Counted from the first letter of the stretch, positions 1 through 8,990 are shown. The stretch is 64,000 nucleotides of DNA from an uncultured Acidobacteriota bacterium (GCA_963711765.1 CAVQFC010000002.1:777644-841643); one strand, 5' to 3'. The notes: generated by a model not told the origin, from the sequence alone. Program-made: numbers and translations.

Positions 1-1
1 A

Positions 2-862
2 ACGGCATCTGGGGATCGCTCAATCAACGCGCCACCGAACCAAAAGCCCGAAATGCGCAACTGCATCGTCATCGTCGACGGCGAGGGCAAGCTGGTGGAG
101 TCGTGGACGCAGTGGGACAAGCTGTTCGAAGGCGGCGGCGGTCCTCACAAGATCCGGATCAACCCGCACGATCCCGAAAAGCACGTCTGGGTGGTGAACG
201 ACGCGCGTCACCAGATCTACGAGTTCACGAACGACGGTAAGCAGCTCGTGCTGACGCTTGGTGTCGCAGACGTGGCCGGCGAAGACGCGACGCATTTCGG
301 CCGGCCGCAGGACATCGCGTGGCTGCCGGACGGCAGCCTCCTCGTCGCTGACGGATTGCAGAATGCGCGCATCGCCAAGTTCGACAAGAGCGGTAAATTC
401 CTGATGGCGTGGGGATCGAAAGGTACCGCGCCCGGGCAGTTCAGCGGCGTGCACGGCATCGCGGTGGACCGGAATCGTCGTGTCTACGTCGCCGATCGCA
501 CCAACCACCGCATCCAGATCTTCGACGAGAACGGCAAGCTGCTCGATCTGTGGCCGGGATTCCGCCAGGCGAACGACATCCTGATCGCGCCGGATCAGCA
601 GCACGTGTGGGTCGCCGACGGCACCAACTCGAAGGTGCTCGAGTACGACATGAACGGCAAGCTGCTCTATTCGTGGGGTACATACGGCACCTTCCCTGGG
701 CAGTTCTGGGAGCTGCACCAGATGTCGATCGACTCCGAAGGCAATCTCTACGGCGCGGACAGCTTCGGCGGGCGGACGCAGAAATTCACGCCGCGTGCAG
801 GTGTGGAGAAGGCGAAGCTGATCGGCGCCGCGGTCGCTTCGACAACATCAGCCATGCGCTAG
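2..862 (+). CDS. NHL-repeat beta-propeller protein, 5' end probably outside window
   Basis: ORF 53..862 stays open upstream to base 2. It has tandem NHL-type units, e.g. 'GQFSGVHGIAVDRNRRVYVADRTNHRIQIFDENGK' and 'GQFWELHQMSIDSEGNLYGADSFGGRTQKF'. Confidence 0.7.
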   Translation, partial: TASGDRSINAPPNQKPEMRNCIVIVDGEGKLVESWTQWDKLFEGGGGPHKIRINPHDPEKHVWVVNDARHQIYEFTNDGKQLVLTLGVADVAGEDATHFGRPQDIAWLPDGSLLVADGLQNARIAKFDKSGKFLMAWGSKGTAPGQFSGVHGIAVDRNRRVYVADRTNHRIQIFDENGKLLDLWPGFRQANDILIAPDQQHVWVADGTNSKVLEYDMNGKLLYSWGTYGTFPGQFWELHQMSIDSEGNLYGADSFGGRTQKFTPRAGVEKAKLIGAAVASTTSAMR

Positions 863-977
863 ACAGCGTTCGCAGCGCGGGCCTGGCCGCTTCGGAAAGG
901 GCGCGCTACGCCGCTCTGGAAGGCGCGGTGTCGGTGAAAGATTCGCCGGTGTCACATATCTGCGCTACGCTACCGCC

Positions 978-1430
978 ATGAGCATCCATCACGCTCTGGC
1001 GATCGCGATTCTCTTCGGTGGAACCGTCTCGATGGCGCAAGCGCAAACGCCATCGCCGGACAAGGACACGCCCAAGGGCGCTGACGACAAGCCCATCACG
1101 CTGAGCGGATGCGTCGGTCGGAGCGGCGTGACACCGAGTCAGTTCTCGCTGTCGGACGATGCCGGTCAGCCGGTCTATCACCTGACCGGAAGCGACGTGA
1201 AGAAGTACTTCGGACAGCGCGTGCAGATCGTTGGCGGCGTGCCCGCATCGAAGAAGCTCGTGATCGTTGGAGGTTTGCGGCCGTCGCCGAACGTCGCTGC
1301 CCAGGCGGGTGACATGGACCCGTCGCGTGCGATTGTCGCCGGCGCGGTGGACAACTCCGGACCGGGTGTGGTGCAGCTGCCTGAATTTCGGGTGAAGACG
1401 ATCCGGCCGCTCAGCGGGTCTTGCCCGTGA
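978..1430 (+). CDS. secreted hypothetical protein
   Basis: 150-aa ORF with a signal-like N-terminus 'AIAILFGGTVSMAQAQ'. No family recognised. Confidence 0.55.
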   Translation: MSIHHALAIAILFGGTVSMAQAQTPSPDKDTPKGADDKPITLSGCVGRSGVTPSQFSLSDDAGQPVYHLTGSDVKKYFGQRVQIVGGVPASKKLVIVGGLRPSPNVAAQAGDMDPSRAIVAGAVDNSGPGVVQLPEFRVKTIRPLSGSCP

Positions 1431-1457
1431 CGCGGCCGGTTGAAAGAAAATGACGGG

Positions 1458-1598
1458 TTATTCGGGGGAGACGGAAGTGCGCCCGCAGTCGTCGCAGCGG
1501 AGGTAGAGCACCGGCAGCGCTTCCGATCGTCCGATGACACGTGCGCTCGGCACGCCGCAGCGGGGACAAACAATACCCGAGGTCGAACGCTTAGCCAT
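1458..1598 (-). CDS. small zinc-ribbon protein (46 aa)
   Basis: Below the ORF-track size cutoff. ATG at 1598, TAA at 1458-1460, GGAG 8 nt upstream. The translation MAKRSTSGIVCPRCGVPSARVIGRSEALPVLYLRCDDCGRTSVSPE has two CxxC pairs. Confidence 0.4.
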   Translation of the reverse strand: MAKRSTSGIVCPRCGVPSARVIGRSEALPVLYLRCDDCGRTSVSPE

Positions 1599-1709
1599 AG
1601 AGGTCACTCCTTACTTCTACTTAGACCCCTATGATCGCACGAAAGGTACAGGAATAGGGCGACCGCCTGCCGATCTGTCACTTTTTCAGCCGATTGCCTG
1701 CTGCCAGTC

Positions 1710-2600
1710 CTAAGACGCCGTCCCCTTCACCATGATCGAGATGGCCTTGCGGTATTTCACCGGCGCGCCATCCAGCATCGCCGGACGGTAGCGCCACGAT
1801 TTCGCGGCCGAAAGCGCCTGGTTGTCATACGACGGCGTGACCCCCTGGCGCATCACGGCGCTCTCCACCGCCCCAGTCTCGTCGATCACGATCTCCATCA
1901 CGCCCTGGCGGCTCAGCACGGGGATGCCCTGGAATGGCGGCAACTGCTGAGTCAGGATGCCTGGCGGGATGACGTTGGCGTCCACCGTCGTGTAGATGTG
2001 CGGCGGCATCGGTACAGGCGGCGGCGGTGGCGGTGCGGAGACAGCCGGCGCCATGGCGACGGCGGGCGGCAGCGGCGGCGGCGTGGCGGCGGCAATGCTC
2101 AGATCGCGGAAGCCGGCGGCCAGCGTCCGCAGATCGGCCAGCGGCGGCTGGCTGACGGCGGCAGCCGCGGCCGGGTCCGCCATCACGTCGAGCACGCGGG
2201 AGAATCCGGCGGCGGATGCGGCGAACTCGTGGCGATCGTACGCCCCCTTGGCCAGCACGTACTCCTGCTGGATGATCGACGGCAGCATCCGCTTGCGCAC
2301 GTCGCTGAACGCGGCGCGGACGCGGGGCGACACTTCGTTGGCCGGCTGGTAGGTCGGCTCGCCGTTGACGACGGCTTCGATCGCCCGTTCGGCCTCGGTG
2401 TTGCGGCCGAGCGCGAGCAGACAGAACGCGCGGTACTGCTCGATGGCGCGGACTTCCTCGGCGGCGCGGTTATTGGGTCCCATGCGGTTCAGCATGTCGA
2501 GCGCGTCTTCGTACGCCGCCGATGCGTAGAGATCGCGCGCCGAGGCCAGCGACTGCTGGCCCATCATGAACATGGACAGCGCTAAAACTGCGACGGTCAT
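1710..2600 (-). CDS. TonB C-terminal domain protein with TPR-like region
   Basis: Signal-like N-terminus, helical TPR-like part and Pro-rich linker 'PPPPPPVPMPP'. C-terminal TonB_C-like 'GVMEIVIDETGAVESAVMRQG...AAKSWRYRPAMLDGAPVKYRKAISI'. The ATG overlaps the upstream stop (ATGA at 2597-2600). Confidence 0.75.
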   Translation of the reverse strand: MTVAVLALSMFMMGQQSLASARDLYASAAYEDALDMLNRMGPNNRAAEEVRAIEQYRAFCLLALGRNTEAERAIEAVVNGEPTYQPANEVSPRVRAAFSDVRKRMLPSIIQQEYVLAKGAYDRHEFAASAAGFSRVLDVMADPAAAAAVSQPPLADLRTLAAGFRDLSIAAATPPPLPPAVAMAPAVSAPPPPPPVPMPPHIYTTVDANVIPPGILTQQLPPFQGIPVLSRQGVMEIVIDETGAVESAVMRQGVTPSYDNQALSAAKSWRYRPAMLDGAPVKYRKAISIMVKGTAS

Positions 2601-5365
2601 GGCTTCCTCCTCAAATCGACGGACAGACGGGCGGGCGTGGTCGCGGAAACAGTCGTGACGTGACGCTGCTCACCAAGGTCAGGGTGACGGAACACGACTT
2701 CGTGCGGTCCAATCGGCAGCGACAGGTTGCCGATCGGTGTCTCGCCGACCTTGTTGCCGTCAATCCACACCTCGGCCCACGGCACCGCGTTCAATGCGAC
2801 CGTGCCGTTCGGCCACTCGAGTTTGATCGGCGCAACCTTGCCCGGCGCAACCTGGATCGTGCGGACCACCCGATAGCCGAGCGGCTCGTTCACGATCTCG
2901 ATGTCATGACGGCCCGCGGCCACCATGATGCGATCGCTCTGGCTGGTGCCGAGCAGCCGCTTGTTTTCGAAGATCTGCAGGTCGACCGGCGCGGCCACCG
3001 CAATCCATCCCGACACCGGCGCTCCACCTTCGGGGACTCCAAGCGGCACGACCAGCGCGGCCGTCGAGCCCGCTTCGACCGCGACGGTCTGACGCACGGT
3101 ACCGAGGTCGCTCTCGACGATGACGTTGTGCTGACCAGGCGCGAGATCGCCCACCAGCACCGGCGAGCGCCCACGGGCGACGCCGTCGACGGTCACCTGG
3201 GCGCCGGCGGGCTCGGTTCGCACCTGCAGTTGGCCAAGCTTCGGCACCGCGCCGCCTGACAGTTCGACGTATTGCGACATCTGCGCGCCGGCGGTCATCG
3301 TGATTGGCAGCGTGCGCGGCTCGCCTGCGCCGCGCAGTTCGACGAGGTGAGCCCCCGGCGTCAGCGTGAGCACGACCGGTGTCACGCCTTTCGAGGTCCC
3401 GTCCACGGCGACGGCAGCACCTGACGGCGTGCTGGAAATGCTCAACTGGCCCGTGGCGGCGGGTGCGGCCGCCGCCGAGAAATAGCGGCGCGCACCGAAT
3501 ACGGCGCCTAAGGAGACCACGAGTACACCGATAGCCACCGTGGCGAAAAAGCCCGTGCGGCGAGTCGCGACTTGTGACATAGCCATGGGACGCTCCGGCT
3601 CCGCCTTGAACTCGAACGGTTCGATGGCGGGCAGTGACGGCGGCAATGGCACGCGGGGCGACGGCGTCGCCGGTGCGGCCGAGGCAACCGTTGGCAACGA
3701 GACGATCGGCGGTGCTGGCGTGAATATCTGAGCCGTGACAGGCGCCGGCGTCACAAGCGTCGGCGTGGTCACAGGCGTCGCCGTGACTGGGGTCGGCGCG
3801 ACCGGCGTGATTGGCGTCGGCGTGATCGGTGTCGCCAAGATCGGCGTTGGCGTGATCGGCGTAAATGCTGCCGGTGTCACCGTCGCAGCCGCGGGTGCGG
3901 TGACACTGGCCGCCGTCTGCCATTTGACGGACGAAGGTGTCAGTTCGGCCGCGACGAATCCCGGGAACGGCGAACTGTGATGGGGCGCGACGTCGCTCGC
4001 GGGTTTCGAAGAAATGCCCGGTGACGGCGCCAGCACCTCCTCCGCAAGGCTCGAAAACGAGGTCTGGTACGCCGGGGAGGCCTGATGGCCGCTCACCGGC
4101 GGCGGCGCCTGTTCCCCGATCGTAGACAGATCGAGATCGTCGTCCGGTGAGGCCTCCAGGTGAGCTGTCGGCTCGATCGAATCGTCTGCGGCGGTCTCTC
4201 GGTGGAGGCTGGTCGTGATGCGGTCCTCTTCGTCGTGCTCATCGCGATAGTGGGCGAACGAGACTTCGGGCCGGCGCGGCTCCTCTTCGACCTGCGGCTC
4301 GGGGGCCGCGTCGGGATGAATTGGCTGAGCGATGCTGGCGGTCGGCGGCACGCTCTGCGGCGCCTCGACCGCGGCGTCCGCCTCGGCCTGAGCATCGGCG
4401 TCGGCGTCGGCGTCCGCTTCCTCGGCCTCGCCCGAGAGGACCCGATCCAGTTCGGCGCGCGCTTCGAGCGCGGTCGCGAACGAATGGCGCGGGTCGAGTT
4501 GCAGAGCGCGTCCAAGCCACGAGCGCAACCCCGGCGGCAGCGGTTCGAGTCCGCCTCGCGACGAGATCGCCCAGGCGGACGAGAGTGCACCATGCATCGC
4601 GGAGGGATATTCGTTCTCGGTGAGCAGGCGCCCCAGGATCAGCGACAGGCCGACGACGCCGATCTGCGTGACGTCGGTCCGCTGATCGAAACGAGGCGCC
4701 TGGTCCGAGGGCGGCAGCGCGATGCGCAGCTCCCGCCAGTAACGTTCGGGAGACCAGCGCAGCTGCTCGACAGCGGCGCCCAGCACGTATTCGGCGATGA
4801 CGACCCTGGCGTTCGGCGTCACGATGATGCGTTCCGGTCCAATCGCGCCGTGCGCGAGATCGCCGCCGCTTTCGTGCAGCATGGCGACGGCGGACACGAG
4901 TTGGCGGATGAGGTGCAGCGAGGCGTTGATATCTACTGCGACCGGCCGCTGCGGCGTCGGCGTCAGCAGATTCGACAGCCGGATGCCGCGGGTGGACTCG
5001 GACGCGATCGCCAGCGTCGCGGTGGCATCGCTCAACCGCTCTACGCTCTTGACCCGGGCGAAGTAGGTATGACGGAAATTCGCCAGCCGGCTGGCGCGTT
5101 CGCGCAGCGCGAACTCGAACGACGGAATCGATGTCAGTTCGCGGCGCAGACACAGGAGTTCGAGCGTGTCGCTGACCGTTGTATCGCTGACTCGACGCCG
5201 TTCGCCGAGACCGTCGTGGAAGACGACCGCCGTAGGCTGGGGACTTGTGGCGCGCGCTGGTTCCATGAGTGACCCTCGATTGAAACGGACGACCTGCTGA
5301 AATGCGCGAACCGTGCCGTTGGTGCCATTCCTGTCAGGGGACGGCAACTCGTTCACAGCGCTCAC
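2597..5365 (-). CDS. membrane pseudokinase with four PEGA domains
   Basis: 922-aa ORF. The N-terminal kinase-like fold has degenerate catalytic motifs: 'LAHGAIGPERIIV' where HRDxKxxN is expected, and 'IAEY' where DFG is expected. Acidic and Thr/Pro-rich linkers follow, then one TM segment 'FFATVAIGVLVVSLGAVFGA'. There are four PEGA-like repeats, e.g. 'LSISSTPSGAAVAVDGTSKGVTPV', 'LQVRTEPAGAQVTVDGVARGRSPV' and 'LNAVPWAEVWIDGNKVGETPIG'. Confidence 0.8.
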   Translation of the reverse strand: MSAVNELPSPDRNGTNGTVRAFQQVVRFNRGSLMEPARATSPQPTAVVFHDGLGERRRVSDTTVSDTLELLCLRRELTSIPSFEFALRERASRLANFRHTYFARVKSVERLSDATATLAIASESTRGIRLSNLLTPTPQRPVAVDINASLHLIRQLVSAVAMLHESGGDLAHGAIGPERIIVTPNARVVIAEYVLGAAVEQLRWSPERYWRELRIALPPSDQAPRFDQRTDVTQIGVVGLSLILGRLLTENEYPSAMHGALSSAWAISSRGGLEPLPPGLRSWLGRALQLDPRHSFATALEARAELDRVLSGEAEEADADADADAQAEADAAVEAPQSVPPTASIAQPIHPDAAPEPQVEEEPRRPEVSFAHYRDEHDEEDRITTSLHRETAADDSIEPTAHLEASPDDDLDLSTIGEQAPPPVSGHQASPAYQTSFSSLAEEVLAPSPGISSKPASDVAPHHSSPFPGFVAAELTPSSVKWQTAASVTAPAAATVTPAAFTPITPTPILATPITPTPITPVAPTPVTATPVTTPTLVTPAPVTAQIFTPAPPIVSLPTVASAAPATPSPRVPLPPSLPAIEPFEFKAEPERPMAMSQVATRRTGFFATVAIGVLVVSLGAVFGARRYFSAAAAPAATGQLSISSTPSGAAVAVDGTSKGVTPVVLTLTPGAHLVELRGAGEPRTLPITMTAGAQMSQYVELSGGAVPKLGQLQVRTEPAGAQVTVDGVARGRSPVLVGDLAPGQHNVIVESDLGTVRQTVAVEAGSTAALVVPLGVPEGGAPVSGWIAVAAPVDLQIFENKRLLGTSQSDRIMVAAGRHDIEIVNEPLGYRVVRTIQVAPGKVAPIKLEWPNGTVALNAVPWAEVWIDGNKVGETPIGNLSLPIGPHEVVFRHPDLGEQRHVTTVSATTPARLSVDLRRKP
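3730..3890 (-). repeat. imperfect in-frame tandem repeat encoding a Thr/Pro/Val linker
   Basis: Plus-strand units such as ggcgtcggcgtgatc recur. They encode 'TPITPTPILATPITPTPITPVAPTPVTATPVTTPTLVTPAPVT' inside the pseudokinase. Confidence 0.6.
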
Positions 5366-5491
5366 GTTAGAGCGGCGTAATCGACTAATGAAGGTGTATG
5401 GAGACGGGCCCGGCTTACAAGTCCGTACGGTGGACGACGAATCCGTAAGGCTGAGGCACCGTTCCTTGCATCGTCGAACGTGCGGAGGTTG

Positions 5492-5647
5492 ATGATGCTT
5501 TACACACTTGCGGTGGTGCTACTGATTGCGTGGCTGCTTGGGATGGTCGGCACGTACACGATCGGCGCGTTTGTGCACGTATTGCTCGTGGCTGCAATCG
5601 TGCTGTTTCTCGTCGGCCTGATTTCCGGCCGGGAAACCGTCGTATAG
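5492..5647 (+). CDS. small two-helix membrane protein (lmo0937-like, 51 aa)
   Basis: Below the ORF-track cutoff. GGAGG at 5484-5488, ATG at 5492 (or 5495), TAG at 5645-5647. The translation MMLYTLAVVLLIAWLLGMVGTYTIGAFVHVLLVAAIVLFLVGLISGRETVV resembles the lmo0937 family as I remember it. Confidence 0.55.
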   Translation: MMLYTLAVVLLIAWLLGMVGTYTIGAFVHVLLVAAIVLFLVGLISGRETVV

Positions 5648-5662
5648 ACGTTGAAGCGCACC

Positions 5663-5750
5663 GCGACCCTTTGAGGGTCGCGCGAGACGGAGCGTGGAGT
5701 GTAGCGCGACCCTCTCAGGGTCGCGTTAGACGCGGGCCTGAACGGCCCGC
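5663..5750. repeat. REP-like hairpin cluster (3 hairpins)
   Basis: gcgaccctttgagggtcgc (5663-5681), gcgcgaccctctcagggtcgcg (5704-5725) and gcgggcctgaacggcccgc (5732-5750). The composite 5701-5752 is near-identical to 49349-49400. Confidence 0.7.
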
Positions 5751-5783
5751 GCCACGGAGAGGGCCCGCACGCCCTTTTGGAGT

Positions 5784-8016
5784 TCAGTTCGCGGACGGGG
5801 TGCGCGTTTCTGCCGGCGCGTGCATTTGGTACTCGTGCGGCGGCTCGGCGCCGAGCAGATAGCGGACGAAGTAATCCCAGCGCCGACGAACCATGTAAGG
5901 TTCGTTGCCGAAACCGTGATTGCGATTCGGCAGCATCAGCAGATCGAAATCCTTGTTCGCCTTGATCAGTTCGTTAACGACCAGCAGCGTGTTGTACGGC
6001 GGCACGTTGTTGTCCATGGTGCCGTGCGCCAGCAGCAGCTTGCCTTTCAGATTCTTCGCGACCAGCTGGTTCGCCTGATTGTCGTAGTTCGTGCTGCCGT
6101 CCGCTTTGGTCGTCAGCAGGCCCTGCCACTTCTCGGCCCAGTCGTCTTCGTAGTCGCGGTTGTCGTGGTTGCCGGCCTCCGAGATTCCCACCTTGAAGAA
6201 ATCGGGATAGCGGAACATCGCGTCCGCGGTCGCATAGCCGCCGCCCGAATGTCCGTAGATGCCGGCGCGATCGAGATCGATCTACGGGTAGTTCTCCGCC
6301 AGCTGCTTCATGCCGGTCACCTGATCGGGCAGCGTGTTGTCGCCCATGTCGCCGTAGTAGGCCTCGTGAAACTTCTTGGAGCGCCACGGCGTGCCCATGC
6401 CGTCGATTTCGACGACGATGAAGCCGAGCTCGGCGAGCGCCTGGGCATCGCCGCGCGACGCCGCGAAGGTGCGGCCGCCGACGCTGCCGGTCTGCGGACC
6501 GGGATAGATGTGGTTGACGATCGGGTATTTCTTCGACGGATCGAGGTTGGTCGGCTTGTACATCAGACCGTAGAGATCGGTGACGCCGTCGCGCGCCTTC
6601 ACGGTGATCGGCACCGGCGGCTTCCATCCCGCCGCGAGCAGCCGCGAGATGTCGGCCTTTTCGAGGGTCACAATCAGGCTGCCGTCGGAGTCGCGCAGCT
6701 CGGTGACCGGCGGCACGTCAGGCTTCGAGTAGCTGTCCACGAAAAACTTGCCCGACGGCGAGAGCGAGACTTCGTGATTCGCGTCCTCCGGCGTCAGCAG
6801 CTGAAGGTTCCTGCCGTCCATGCCGATGCGGTAGAAGTGACGGAAGTAGGGGTCGCGCCCTTTCTCGCGACCCACGGCCGTGAAATAGAGCACGCGATTT
6901 TTCTCGTCCACGCGAAGCAGCTGCGTGACGTTCCCCTCGCCGGTCGTGATCTGATGCTTCTCGCGGCCGGTCTGCAGATCGTAGAGGTAGAGCTGGCCCC
7001 AGTTGTCGCGCTCGGAGAACCAGATCACTTCGTTCGAGGCGGGCAGGAACTGCCAGTTGACCCGGCCGTTACCAGATTCGAGAAAGGTCTCGCCCTTTTC
7101 CTCGAGCACGTCGCGGACTGCGCCCGAGTTCGGGTCGGCCTGCCGCAGCTGCTCGTGCTTGTGGTCGCGCGAGGTCGATACGAACGCCAGCTTCGACCCG
7201 TCCGGCCCCCACTGCACGTCGTCCCACTCGCCCCGGCACGCCACGTCGTCGCACAGGGTCGAGCGGTGCTGATCCGGCGGCAGCTGCAGGCGGACGATCT
7301 TTCCACTGTCCACGTCGATGACGACGCGCTGAATCATCGTGATCACCGGGTCGCCGGGCAGCGGATACTTCCAGGCCTTGAGCGTCGGGTGACCGACTTT
7401 CGTGTCCACCAGGTACATCTCGCCCACGCCGCGCTGGTCCTGCTGGAAGGTCGCGATTTTCTTCGAGTCGGGCGACCACAAGAGGATCGCGCGATCGCTG
7501 CGTCGTCCAGCCGGCGTTGTCGGTGGCGTAGCCGAAATCCTTCACGCCGTCCTTGGTCAGCTGCGTTTCCTTGCCGCTGGCGACGTCGCGCACCCACAGA
7601 TTCCAGTTGCGAACGAACGCGGTACGTTTGCCGTCAGGCGACTTCACGTCCGTTGGTCGCGCGGGTGCGCCACCGCGGCCGCCGCCGCCGTTGCGCAGCG
7701 CCTCCGTGCACGCGGGCAGGTCGCATGGCGCCTGCGTGCCGGTCGCGGCGTTCACCACGAACGCTTCGGGACCACGTTCCGTCGTGACCCGGTACCAGAA
7801 GCGCTCCGTTGGCTCGGCTGCGGTCGTCGGAATCCAGACCGGCCGCACTCCGCCCCGCAGCACCAGAGGAGCGGTGTTGTAGGGCATGAACGTTTCGGCG
7901 TGCGCGTAGTCGTCGGCTGTGACGACGCGCACAGGATCCGCGGCCTGCTGGGCTGCCAGAGGGAGCGAGGTGAGTGCGGCCAGCCCGGCGGCACGAGCGA
8001 TGTTCTTCAGAATCAC
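5784..8016 (-). pseudogene. dipeptidyl-peptidase IV / S9B prolyl oligopeptidase family, interrupted
   Basis: Three ORF pieces (8016-~7508, 7481-6282, 6218-5784) read as one S9B peptidase. It has signal peptide 'AAGLAALTSLPLAAQ', a DPP-IV N-terminal propeller, 'GIYGHSGGGY' (GxSxG) and a C-terminal 'LLAHGTMDNNV...NRNHG'. There is one frame break near 7508 and one in-frame TAG at 6282-6284. Confidence 0.8.
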
Positions 8017-8185
8017 GGCAGGATTCCTTTCAAGCGAAATTATAGAAGACCTGGATGGATCGATCGATCGTCCTCAAAATGCTGCACTCACCAGCTCAGC
8101 GATCCGATCAGTCGACCAAACGTCAAAAACATGGGCGAAATTGCCATCTTGGGATGGCAAGGCAAATGCACTTAACGCAAACATT

Positions 8186-8989
8186 ATGAGGTCCCGACAC
8201 ATCGTCCCAGCAGCAGTGCTCGCCGCCGCCACGCTGGTCGCCGTTCCAGCTTTTGCTGGTCAGCAGCATGGCCGTCCCGAAGGCCACCGCGCGGCCGCCG
8301 CTCCGCAAGCCCGACCGCAGGCGCAAGCGCAGCCACACGCCCAGGCTGCTCCGGCACCGCGTCCGCAGAGTGCAGCGCCCGGCGCCGTCCGGGCGCAGGG
8401 ATCCGCGCCGCACTACAACGCCAGTAACAACGCGTATGTAGGCCAAGCGGTTCCGCGCGGCACCGCCGCGCAGCACTATGCACCGAACTACGCGACGAAC
8501 TATCACGGTGCGCCGAACTATCACTACGCGCCGAATTACCACTACGCGCCATACGCGCCGCGCTACTACGCGCCGCATGCGTACGGCTACGGCTACTACG
8601 CGCCACGATACTACGGCGCCGGATACGCGTTCAGGCCGTGGTTCTCGGTCGGCTTCGGATTCTCCGCAGGCTATCCGGTGCCGTACAGCTATGCGTATCC
8701 CTATCCGGTGCCGGTCTACGGCTACGCACAGCCACAGAGTGTGGTGGTCAACCCCGGATCGAGCTACGGCGGCATCAGCTTCCAGGTGACACCGTACGAA
8801 GCTGACGTCTACATTGACGGCAACTTCGCGGGCCATGCCAGCGACTTCGACGGCAGCAAGCAGCCGATGACGCTGGCGGCGGGCACGCACCACATCGAGA
8901 TCGTCGCGAACGGCTACCAGACCTCGAGCTTCGAGGTGAACGTGCAGGCCGGCCAGATCATCCCGTATCGCGGCGACCTGCAGCGATAG
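8186..8989 (+). CDS. secreted Tyr/Pro/Ala-rich protein with C-terminal PEGA domain
   Basis: ATG 8186 precedes signal-like 'AAVLAAATLVAVPAFAG'. The low-complexity stretch 'YHGAPNYHYAPNYHYAPYAPRYYAPHAYGYGYYAPRYYGAGY' follows, then PEGA-like 'ISFQVTPYEADVYIDGNFAGH...GTHHIEIVANGYQ'. The upstream part of ORF 7919.. was rejected as antisense to the peptidase. Confidence 0.7.
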   Translation: MRSRHIVPAAVLAAATLVAVPAFAGQQHGRPEGHRAAAAPQARPQAQAQPHAQAAPAPRPQSAAPGAVRAQGSAPHYNASNNAYVGQAVPRGTAAQHYAPNYATNYHGAPNYHYAPNYHYAPYAPRYYAPHAYGYGYYAPRYYGAGYAFRPWFSVGFGFSAGYPVPYSYAYPYPVPVYGYAQPQSVVVNPGSSYGGISFQVTPYEADVYIDGNFAGHASDFDGSKQPMTLAAGTHHIEIVANGYQTSSFEVNVQAGQIIPYRGDLQR

Positions 8990-8990
8990 A

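Noticed and set aside
6282-6284. TAG as a recoded codon (pyrrolysine or programmed readthrough)
   Set aside because: There are no Pyl machinery genes or PYLIS-like context in the window. The same gene also carries a frameshift, and many other genes here are broken, so a simple nonsense change or base-call error is more parsimonious.
5820-7787. 655-aa ORF on the plus strand
   Set aside because: It is entirely antisense to the S9B peptidase gene. The composition is dominated by R/A/V/H/G/D/L as expected for a shadow frame in high-G+C DNA, and there are no family motifs.
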